From Sphagnum compactum (Eukaryota), in assembly GCA_965153455.1 (NCBI GenBank), contig OZ234493.1, positions 35,144,213 through 35,208,212 of the forward strand: a stretch of 64,000 nt of DNA. The letters are read 5' to 3'. The position numbers and the translations under genes are program-made. Shown here piece after piece: positions 1 to 10,656 of the stretch. Every line of letters starts with the position of its first letter. Position 1 is the first letter of the stretch. The notes beneath the pieces are model-generated. The model had not been told where the DNA came from. It did not search any database and worked only from the letters and a program-made list of their open reading frames with translations.

Positions 1-24
1 TTAACACTCAAGGGGGGGGGGGGG

Positions 25-1737
25 TGACCAAGCCCTGTCACCCGCTGCTTCACCGGCCTCTCCCTCCCCCACCCCCCAAAACCTCCGTCACAGACAAACT
101 TACTGAATTAATATATATGACTAGTGTGAACCCGGTGCATAATGCACCCGTCGAGCTCCCCCCCCGCCCGGTCCTTCCCATTGCCCACTCCGGTTCTTTA
201 CCCCGTCAACCCCCCCCGTCCTTCGCATTTTCCACTTCGATTATTTAACCCGTTGATCCCCCCCCCCCCCCCCGTTCCCCTGTTATATATAATTAACTTC
301 CCGCCCCGTGTTGGCCCCCCACCTGTAAAAAAACTTATAGGTGGATAGTTATTGAGTCAGGTATTAGGTTGGGTATCTGAAAACTAACTCTTACGCATGA
401 AAGGGTGGGTATTAGAGATATCCACAAATTCACCATCTTTGGGCCCCCTTTCGCCCCCTAACCCCTCTTTTAGTGGTATCCGTAAAGTAAGGAAATTTTA
501 TTAAATCTCAATATGGAATGCTGAAACTCAGTACGAAATGCTGAATCTCAGCATTTAATGCACAAGGTTCGAAAGGTTTATAGCAGCTGGACAGGTAGGA
601 GCAGTGAAAATATATATAGTAGCAGTGGAGCGGCTCAGGAAAAAAGAAAGACAGGGTGAAACTCAGAAAACCATCAAAAATCGCCCATGCTGGCCCCCCC
701 CCCGCCCCGTTACCAAGCCTTGTCACCCGCTGCTTCACCGGCCTCTCCCTCCCCCACCCCCCAAAACCTCCGTCACAGACAGACTTACTGAATTAATATA
801 TATGACTAGTGTGAACCCGGTGCATAATGCACCCGTCGAGCTCCCCCCCGCCCGGTCCTTCCCATTGCCCACTCTGGTTCTTTACCCTGTCGACCCCCCC
901 CCCGTCCTTCGCATTTTCCACTCCGATTCTTTAACCCGTTGATCCCCCCCCCTGTTCCCTTGTTAAATATAATTAACTTCCCGCCCCGTGCTGGCCCCCC
1001 CCGCCCGTGCTAGCCCGGCGAAATTTCATAACTTGTTGAATTTTTTTTCAGGAATGAAACAAACATGAATTTTTTTGGTGATTTAAACATGTTTTCGCCA
1101 TTTTTGAAATAAAACTAATTAATTTAACCAAATCTAGACCCAGGCACATCTTAGGTCGCCACTTGTAGCAGCAATTTTGTAAAAATGCCTAGCAGGACAG
1201 TCCCCATTTAATACTAATTAATGCTTAGGGAACCACTCCAGTGGACCCAGTTGAGGAATTTGAAAAAAACAACCCCGCTTGGTTCTCCCGTTATCTGGCC
1301 CCCCCCCGCCCGTGCTGGCCCCCCCCGCCCTGTCACCTGTCACCCGCTGCTTCACCGACCTCTCCCTCCCCCACCCCCCAAAACCTCCGTCACAGACAGA
1401 CGGACTGTCTGAATTAATATATACTAGTGTGAACCCGGTGCATAATGCACCCGTCGAGCTCCCCCCCGCCCGATCCTTCCCATTGCCCACTCCGGTTCTT
1501 TACCCCGTCGACCCCCCCCCCCCCCCCCGTCCTTCGCATTTTCCACTCCGATTCTTTAACCCGTTGATGCCCCCCCGTTCCCCTGTTATATATAATTAAC
1601 TTCCCGCCCCGTGCTACACCCCCCCCCGGCGTCACCTGTCACACGCTGCTTCACCCGCTGCTTCACTGGCCTCTCCCTCCCCCACCCCCCAAAACCCCCG
1701 TCACAGACAGACGGATTGTCTGAATTAATATATATGA
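25..1737 (-). mobile_element. Head-to-tail tandem array of non-autonomous Helitron family 1 (core ~310 bp; units 121-805, 806-1423, 1424-1737, plus a partial unit before 121)
   Basis: On the minus strand the junctions at 121 and 806 read CGGGTGCATTATGCACCGGGTTCACA-CTAG|TCATATATATTAATT: a GC hairpin plus CTAG 3' end directly followed by a TC-AT-rich 5' end, with (CTGT)n nearby. CTAG at 121-124, 806-809 and 1424-1427 (TC lost at the 1424 junction). Confidence 0.75.
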
Positions 1738-4225
1738 CTAGTGGGTACCCGTGACCTTCAGACACTGTGAAGTCCCTTGGTTTCTTTAAACCGAGAAAGA
1801 CACACACAAAGGTGCAAAGCAGCTATTTTTATTTTTATTTTATTTATTTTTTGTGGCGAAAATCCGTTGAAAAGTCCCCCATGAAAACATACATGGTGAA
1901 GCGAGCGTTTTGGAAAATTTCCAAAAAAAAAACTAAATCGCCACATTTACAGGAGGGTGAAAAAAAAGAGTTTTGAAATCGGCACATTTTGAGGAGAAAA
2001 AAAACAGGTTTTGAAATTGCCAAGATTTGTGGAGGATTTGGGCAGATTCCAAGCTTTCTTCTTTTGAAACGCGTTTATGAAGGGCGTGCTAACCCTAACC
2101 CCCTTAAGTTTGGTGGGGAGATAATGTTTTGCATCTTGGGGGGGGTGGGCCGGGTGAGCCGGGTGGAGTCGTGTCCAATGCCCACATGTTTTAAAAATAG
2201 TTTAAATTGATGACCCAATGCACATCATAGCCCCAATTAAAGGTAGTCAAGTTGGGATGCACTTACAAAAGCAAAGTAAAAAATGACCATTGACGTATGC
2301 AAACCTTGACTTTATACACGACTTTATCTCTACCATTACTGAGTAAAATAGTAAAGAATAATTTTGAACCTACTCCATAATCCATTATAATCCAGTGCTA
2401 ACCCTAACCCCCTTACCCCTAAGGAGGACGACCGGACAGATAGACACCTAAAATATTATATATAGTGGGTACCCGTGACCTACGGGCACTGTGAAGTCCC
2501 CCGGTTTCTTCAAACTTGGTTCATGTTTTAGTTTTTTCTAGAAACTTTTATCTTTTTTATTTTTATGTGTTTTCTGTTTTTATTATTATTTTGTATTATT
2601 TTATATATAGTGGGTACCCGTGACCTTCGGACACACACAAAGACGCAAAGCAGCTAATTTCATTTTTATTTTTTTGTGGCAAAAATCCGTTGAAAAGTCC
2701 CTCATGAAAACATACATGGTGAAGCAAGTGTTTTGGAAAATTTCCAAAAAGAAAACTAAATCGCCACATTTCTAGGAAGGGAAAAAAAAAGAGTTTTGAA
2801 ATCGCCACATTTTGAAGAGGGAAAATACAGGTTTTGAAATTGTCGAGATTTGTGGAGGATTTGGGCACATTCCAAGCTTTCTTCTTTTGAAACGCATTTA
2901 TGAAAGGCGTGCTAACCCTAACCCCCTTACCCCCAAGGAGGATAATCAGACAGACAGACACCTAAAACATTACCTAGTGGGTACTCGTGACCTTCGGGCA
3001 CTGTGAAGTCCCCGGTTTCTTCAAACTTGGTTCATGTTTTAGTTTTTTCTAGAAATTTTTATCTTTTTTATTTTTATGTGTTTTCTGTTTTTATTATTAT
3101 TTTGTATAATAAAAATAAAGTGTTTCTTTTTCACTTTTACATTTTTGTTTATTTGGATGCAAGTTTGAAGTTTGGAGAAAGGAGACACACCTCATTCTTT
3201 TTCAAGTAGGGTTTTTCTTCATTATTATAAGTTTTATTTTTTCTTATTTTTAACTCTTTATTTGGTTTCTTCATTTAAATTTTTTTTCTTTTAAAATTAT
3301 TTTATTATATTTCCCTTTCCTTGTTTCATTTGTTTCCATTCCTTTTTTATAATTTTTGCGTTTTTACTTTTTTTTTGTTTATGTTTGTTTCATGTTTTTA
3401 TTTTTTCTATTTTTATTTTGTCTATCTTCATATTTTTCTATTTTTATGCATTTATTTATTTATTTATTTATTTTGTTTCTATTTTCTTTTTCAAAAAAAT
3501 TCTAGTTTTTCTAATATGTTTTATAATGAAAATAATTTTAAAAAACTTTTGTATTTTTGTTTGATTAGATGCAGGTTTGAAGTTTGGAAAAAGAAGACAA
3601 ACCTCATTTTTTTTTCAAGTATGGTTTTTTTTCTCTTTCTTTTGCTCACTGTTTTGTTTCTTATTTTTTGTCATCTATTTTTTGATTTTCTTTTAAAGAT
3701 TATTTTACTGTATTTCCCTTTTTTGTTTCATGTTTAAATATATTTATTATATATGTTTTCATTTTGTTTCTATTTTAAAGTGTTTTAAAAAAGTTTCTAA
3801 TTGTTAAAGTGTTTTTTGTTTTTATTTTTTTCTAGTGTTTTCCCTTTGAAAAATATATATTTGTTCGGTTTTTTTCTTTTTTGTTACAACTTTGTTTCAT
3901 TTTATTTATTTATTAATAACTTGTTTTCTTCTTTTTTAATTTGAAATTTCTTGTGTTGTTTTCAAAAGATTTTTTCTCTCATTTCTCATTTTTTTTTCAA
4001 CAATTTTTAGTTTATTAAAATTAGTTTGTAGCTTTTGGCAAATTGCAAGACTACAGGATTGGATCGCACAAACATTTGGATAAACTGCTGCTGCCGCCAT
4101 TCCTCCTCCTCCTCTTCCATCATCTTCTTCTTCCAGGATGAAAAACTTGGATGGATGGATGTCGAGACGAATGACGGGACAAATGGATGGAAAGGACGAC
4201 CACCCAAGGATATTATATAAGTAGA
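1738..4225 (-). mobile_element. Tandem array of non-autonomous Helitron family 2 (units ~1738-2461, 2462-2606 truncated, 2607-2973, 2974-4225)
   Basis: A repeated minus-strand 3' end, GTGCCCG(T/A)AGGTCACGGGTACCCA-CTA(G/T) with a CCCGT/ACGGG hairpin, occurs at ~1738, 2462, 2607 and 2974. A minus-strand 5' end A|TCTACTTATATAAT lies at 4225. 1800-2106 aligns to 2630-2930, and 2462-2595 aligns to 2975-3107. Confidence 0.7.
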
Positions 4226-4596
4226 TATGATATGATATGTATATATATGGGAAAAGTATATATAGGTACTTCCCTAATACCTTTTTCACATTTGTGGTGA
4301 GTAGTTGTTTGAACCTCATAACTCACATTCTTCTTTGCCCCCATGACCCATAAGCATGACACTCTGGTACAATCAATTATGTCTGATAATCATCAGCTTG
4401 AGTGCAATGGTTACCCTGATGAATAGCCTCAGCACTCACACCCCCCATCTATTCATGGCAACCAACCTCATGCTCGGTTACTTAGTCCAAGGGGAAGCTT
4501 CATTCTTCCTTTACTATATGTAATACCCATAATAAAATAATATAAAAAAATATTTGTCATATAAGCAAATTGTGGCTGGAATAGAGAATTCCAGTG

Positions 4597-4698
4597 TTAG
4601 GGTTTTGAATTTTAGGGTTCATCGATTCTGATCAGATCTTGAAATCGACGGCTTGTAAAAAAACCCTAAGAAAACCCTAAAGTATCACAATCTGGGCT
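4597..4698 (+). promoter_or_regulatory. Telo-boxes and a site II-like motif upstream of RPS27
   Basis: TTAGGGTTT at 4597-4605, AAACCCTAA at 4661-4669 and 4672-4680, TGGGCT at 4693-4698. This combination is typical of plant ribosomal protein promoters. Confidence 0.65.
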
Positions 4699-4830
4699 AC
4701 AGGTCGTTTCTCCGCCGCCCCGTCTGTCTTCCTTTCGCGCTCGCACCTCCTTCCGTCTCTTTGCAGTAGTTGTCAACCGAGCAAAGCACATTTACGCATC
4801 TGTGAGAGTGCGGACGAGTTCCAAATCATC

Positions 4831-6010
4831 ATGGTAAGTTCTCGTGATGCACTTCTTTCTCGAGGGACGTAGAGTTTCAGACTAGTGATGGCTGTTTCCC
4901 CACCCCCCCTTATGTCATCGATTGATTCGGTGTTTCTTGTGCGCCTTTCGAGTTTCTGTGGGCCTTCGCATGGTTAGTTCTTGTATGTGATTTTCTGTCT
5001 TCTTTTTCCTTAGCTTCCGGGGCATAGTTTTGGATTGTAGCTTAACTAAATCCGGAAATTTCAGGTTGCGAAGGCTGGACTGGCGATATTATTATTATTA
5101 TTATTGTTATTGTTTTCCCCTCTACTCCCCTTTTCTTTGATTCAAGACAAGAATAACTGCGGAAATGTGGAGCGTCAATTTCTTTCATGTTCCCTTTGGA
5201 CTTGTTTCTAAAAGGATTCAAGAGAGATTGCAGGCAGTGGAGTGAGCATTGTGGTTTTAGGGTTTTTAAAAATTTGGGTTCATAGTCGCTTCTTCTTCGT
5301 GGTCTCTTGTTCTTCTTCTTTGTAGAGAAAGAAAGAGTCGCTCTTGGGAACATTTGGGCACGTTCTGACTATTGTGTTGTTGGTGTTCTGGACTCCTTGT
5401 TTTCATTTCTTGTTAGTGGACAATTTTTTGAGACTAGTAAGTGTTTGTGCTTGTGTGTGCTCAGGTGCTTTCCAACGATATTGACTTGTTGCACCCCCCT
5501 CCGGAATTGGAGAAGCGGAAGCACAAGCTCAAGCGACTAGTGCAGTCTCCAAACTCATTTTTCATGGATGTCAAGTGCCAAGGATGTTTCACCATGTAAG
5601 TCTCCTACTTGTTATGGATTTGGAAAATGGAACCACATCGTAACAGCTCTTCTTGCTAAGTCAATTGCATCTATAAGTCCTCAAATGATGTGGGTGGAAA
5701 TGCAGATTCATCGGGTTGTAGTGAGGGCCTTCACCACTGTTTTTAGCTTTAGTTCACTTTTTTAGGGTTTTCTATGTGAACTGCTCTGTTAAGTTTTGTA
5801 TTCGTTTTTACACTTAGAAGAGAGTACCAGTGTTCAGATTTTGTTCTCACGAAATGGTGTGGTGCATTCTGTCATGACTGCAGAACAACAGTGTTCAGTC
5901 ACTCGCAAACTGTGGTATTATGTGGGAGCTGCAGTACAGTACTATGTCAACCCACAGGAGGCAAGGCCAGGTTGACTGAAGGCTGTTCATTCAGGAAGAA
6001 GGGCGAGTAA
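4831..6010 (+). CDS. RPS27: 40S ribosomal protein S27 (eS27), 86 aa; exons 4831-4833, 5465-5595, 5884-6010
   Basis: Spliced translation [86 protein letters not shown]. It has a C4 zinc finger and GT-AG introns in consistent phase. Confidence 0.97.
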
Positions 6011-6997
6011 ACAAGTAAACCTGCAACTCTCTACAAGTTTTGGCAACCAACCTCCATCACAAAGAAACTTGCAGATTAGTTTGGTCGGGTTTGGCTGAAC
6101 ATTGCCATCAAAAATTGTGAGCAAAAGTGATGGCTCTATGGTGCATTAGCTACTGGCTAAGTTTGGTAGGGTCCTACTTGGCAGTAATCTCTGGCTGACT
6201 TGTGAGTTCTGAGCTGTGTACCCAAATTCACAAGAAATTGTGCACCATAGGGCACTTTCAACAAATCTGACTATCATTTTCCTGACTACTATCTCAACAT
6301 GATTCAATGTCAGTTTAACCTGGTTTTGTTGTGGATGGTATTTGACAATGCACAATGACAATTCCATTGCATACAAGCAAATGTAATAGAAATGTTTGTG
6401 TTGAGATATGAGGCATAGGGATCTTAATGTCTTGCTGCAACACTTTTTTTCACTATTCTTTTCAGACTGGATGGGTTGCATTTACCTATCTGCTGTTGTT
6501 TGTAACATTACTTATGGTCTTTGCAGTAGTTGTTTGAAATGGATTGACAACAAATACTTTCCACTATGTTCCAGTGTATATATCCTATTCAGTTCTAGTG
6601 CTAGGATGGATTGGTGGATGTAGATATTAGATAGACTAAATTGGCTTCACAATGTGAGTCATGATGTTTGTAAGATCTTTTTAGCCTTTGTATGTTACAT
6701 TTTGGAGTCTGGGCTGGGTGGCGAAGAAATGTCCAAAGTGAGATGCAACTACTGAATTGCAGTTGAGGTTGAGTCCAAAGATTTGCTCTTGGAATCACAA
6801 TAATGTGGTACTGCTTCATTGCAGGTATGGGGACTTGATGACGCACACATTTTCTCATCTTATGTACTCTGCAGCACTAAGAAAGAGAACATCAAAGTCC
6901 AAGACCCCAGAACACTGGCATGCCATGACCTCATGACCTTGAACATACTTCTTTGCTTCTGTCCAATCTAACATGGTTTATTAGGTATTAGTTATTA

Positions 6998-7359
6998 CAG
7001 TGTTGGTCTGTTATTGACTTTTGAACTTGGGAACATACCAGCATAGTCCTGGAATTGCATACTTTTCAACATCTTCATATTATCCTGGGCCTTGTGGTGA
7101 CCCTCTTAAAACTTTTATACCAGCATGTTCTTGGTATTGGGTCCAAGACTGATTTTGGGGCAGCTATATACTCGGTATTGACACTGGTACACATTTGGTA
7201 CAAGACTGGTATCACCTCAAGTCCCTACTGGCTGGTATTGCCTTCAGCTATACCAGCCTGGTAGGGTCCTTGTGTTGATACTGGGCGCAGACTTATACCA
7301 TAGTACCTTGGCAACTTGAACACTAATTATATTATTTTCAGAAACATTGACCAACACTA
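6998..7359. mobile_element. MITE (hAT-like termini)
   Basis: TIR AGTGTTGGTC (6999-7008) / GACCAACACT (7349-7358), flanked by the direct repeat AGTTATTAC at 6990-6998 and 7359-7367 (read as 7 bp GTTATTA if the termini are CAGTG...CACTA). Confidence 0.75.
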
Positions 7360-7656
7360 GTTATTACCTGTATTTTATCTAATGTTGTTTCTTTTGAAGT
7401 TTGTACATGTTTTCGTTAGTAGCTGAGCAGTTCATTGTGGGGGATGCTGTAAGACCAAGTAGTTTCTGATAACTATCCTGTTTACGGCATCCTGAATTCT
7501 CCTATTATGTGACAAACAATGAGGAAAAACAATGAGGAGAGATGATGCTACTTTTGCATCATTTCTATGAATGTGCATGTGGGGTACATAGTAAGTTTTC
7601 CTTCCTTTTGTCAACCATAGCAAGTGATATATGAAAGTTGCTTTGATGGTGCAAAG

Positions 7657-9286
7657 TCAAGAGACAGTAGTACTAACCTTTGGGCCCCAAATATGATTCC
7701 GGATTTCATCATCAATCTTTTCTCGCAGTGCTGGATTTTTAGCAAAATAATCGTCAACAGTTTGTGTGCTCAATGCCTCCTGAAACAAGGGTAGTGATTG
7801 TAATTCTGTTTGTCCCAAGTATCATGATATTACACAGAGGGCCTCATCATCTACTCAACAATTTGTGAAAACCACAATATGATAGTTGAGTTATAAATGA
7901 TTTACAAAACATATGTTTCAAATGTACAAATTGGGTTCTTTCAAATTTGTCTTGTATGTTTTGAGGTGGTTTAATTCTGAAATGGCTTCACCTTTTCCTC
8001 CCGAATCCTCTCAATTTCCCTGTCAAGCATGATGATTTTCTTCTTTGAAGCATTCTCTTGTTCGGTTGCCTTCTTTAGCTTTTCATTCAACAAATCTTTG
8101 TCGGTAGCTTATTGGGTCATAGAAGAAGCAAAATCATAAAAAACATTTGTTTAAATCATTGATGTTCATTACAACATTATGTAATTTCCACAACAAAAAA
8201 GCCCCTTTTTCACATAGTGCATGATGTGTTAACGTGGATGATATTGTGAACACAAATACCATGGATTGTAACTTTTGTTTGTATTCAGGTGTGAATTCAT
8301 CTTCATAAGGGGGGATTTCTCGTTCTAGAGCTATTTTCACAATCACGAAAAACAACCATCAGAATGAGAAACTTTTCATGCCTGTGTCTTTCTCCTTAGG
8401 AAAACTATGTAATGAGAACAACAATAGGTGCACACAATTACAACATTTGACAGTTGCTATGACTTACAAGCATCAGCCCGCTCAAACATGCTCACAAGGG
8501 AAGGCCCTATTTTGCTGCTATAGAATTCCCAATCAATGCTTGGTGTTTTCTACATACAACCACTTCACATATCAATGCTAAAGCATACAAAAGATAAATG
8601 GGTGTTTGCAATCTTTGGAATTTTTTAATGCCATGTTCGTAGGCCAAATGAGGCAAAAGTTCAAGTTCATTTGCAAAATTAGAATGCAATAAACATGTTA
8701 ACTTGTGAACATTGGTAATAAAGTTGCATATTTGGTAATCCATTTGCAAAAAGATTGGAAATTGCCAAGGTTTTTGTCTTTTTGCAAGTTGTACATCCAA
8801 TAACATATTGAAATTGCTTGGACATGGTAATTGGCATTTGATGCCTAGTTGGTGAAATTGATCAAATGTCCATCAAACTTGTCTTTGATTTTGTTGGCAA
8901 ATATTTGGTTGACAAATTTAGCATAACTTAATCCAAAAGATCAATTATTACACAAACATCAAGACATAGTAGCACGAAACACATTTATTGTATGTAGTTG
9001 ACGATGCACAAAATTTTGATACATCACATTGAACTTTATGTTTATGGTATCATATTAAATGAGCAAATAAATTGATAAACACCACAAAAGGATCAAAACA
9101 TTGTTACAATTGATAGTGCAATAACGTAAGGTAATAAACCATGTTGAATGTGTCATTAATGGTGGTGGCAACATCTTCATATGCATTACGCAAGGCTTGA
9201 AATTGTCTTTTGCCAGCTTCAGTCACCACCACTTTGCTAATCTGATCCCAATCGATTGCCCTACCGAGGCTCCCCTTTGCACTCAT
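7657..9286 (-). CDS. ATPQ: Mitochondrial ATP synthase subunit d, divergent; exons 9286-9140, 8549-8468, 8330-8260, 8078-7992, 7779-7657 (or spliced at donor 7677)
   Basis: Translation MSAKGSLGRAIDWDQISKVVVTEAGKRQFQALRNAYEDV...KTPSIDWEFYSSKIGPSLV...EIPPYEDEFTPEYKQK...LSTQTVDDYFAKNPALREKIDDEIRNHIWG matches plant subunit d motifs (IDWD, IDWxYY, TPEYK, DDEIRNxxWG). All introns are GT-AG and in phase. The last few codons are uncertain. Confidence 0.9.
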
Positions 9287-10316
9287 TTGTGTTGGTTTTG
9301 AACAACAATAGTTCTATCAAATATGTTGGCCTTCATTGTCATCTAATACTTCACCAATGGCCAATTTCAATGTAGTTAAACTAAGGTATTTGAGGAACCC
9401 TAACTTACACCTAGTTACATGTTTACTTGTCCCATGATCCACATGTGATAAATGAAATCACTAAGATTTCACATCATCTCTCATTCATCTACCAAAGCTC
9501 TCTATTTCATCTTAACCACGGTTTTGTATTTCTATTGCTTTTGATAACACAAATTGTGAAAAACTTGCAAACTAAGTTTTTCATTAGGTAATATGGGTTA
9601 ATATATAACATATTTAAAGTATGCATGGGAACAATTTTTTATGTTGAAAATATTCCATTAATGAAACATCAACCTTGATGGAAACATATATTTTGATTGG
9701 TGGAGACAAAGTTTTATGACCATTGGTACATCAATGTCCATTTTCATAACTAGACGACATATTTAATTTCCTCTTCATCAACCAAATCTTGATAAGTAGT
9801 TCACTTGCCACCTAAAAGGATATTTAGATTTCCTTATCTCGTTTACAATAACATCACATCACACCTCCCTCTCCCCACCAACAATTATTTTCAAAATATA
9901 AAATTAATGGCATGATGGTATATCCCATGGGTAATATTTACATAATATTTTTTCTTGGGACAACGAGTTATTTAAAGCATCTACATCTTATTCAAAGTTT
10001 CAAGATCATGGAGAATTAAAGAACATATAGTTTGTTCAAGTATTGAAGCTTGCATGGGTGTCATCCAAATAAACAATAAATATCATGGTTTGGTTTATTA
10101 TTGTTTTGATTGCAAGCTTAACTTGTTGATTGACCGTAATTAGAATTGGTAGTTGAGGTGTGAAAAGATATGTTTTATACCCTTATTGGAACAATACTCC
10201 ATTGATTTTGGGTGTACTCACATTGCTACAAATTGCAAATATATTTGCCCTTATATAAATGTTTTAAATATATGAAAATACATAAAGTAATGTTAACCTA
10301 CAACTATGTATAAACC

Positions 10317-10656
10317 AATGTTGGAATGGTGTTGGCTTTGAACACATCTAACTTGTTTTAGTATCATGTTTTTTTTTCCATACTTCGTAGGTATTGGTTT
10401 TCGAAATGTTTTAAAACTTTCATACCAATCTAAAATGAGTATTAGTTCTAAGGATGAATTTTGCTCAATATACAACAGGTATAAACTTTGTATGGATATT
10501 GGTTTAAGGCTCGTGTGTACTTAATATTACCTTAAGTCCCATATTTGACACATACTTGCATAAAGTTGGTGTTGCCTTAGGCCAATGTTTTTTAATATTG
10601 GTATTCATATCAATACCACCTATTAGGTTGCACCTTATATATCAATACAACATTGC
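10317..10656. mobile_element. Degenerate MITE resembling the 6998-7359 element
   Basis: Short TIR CAATGTTG / CAACATTG, imperfect flanks GTATAAAC / CTATAAAT, and internal GGTATTGG / ATACC motifs as in the 7 kb copy. Confidence 0.35.

Noticed and set aside
24-1807. Pro-rich ORFs in the C-rich repeats
   Set aside because: These are translations of Helitron repeat DNA; frames differ between copies because of homopolymer length changes.
3003-3935. Phe-rich ORFs suggesting membrane proteins
   Set aside because: Artefacts of T-rich low-complexity sequence inside the repeat.
1-4225. True CRISPR array
   Set aside because: Eukaryotic context, no cas genes, and units of hundreds of bp with Helitron termini. 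Only the architecture is analogous.
5655-5730. Possible C/D box snoRNA in RPS27 intron 2
   Set aside because: Box C (ATGATGT) and box D (GTGA) both deviate from consensus, and I recognised no guide sequence.
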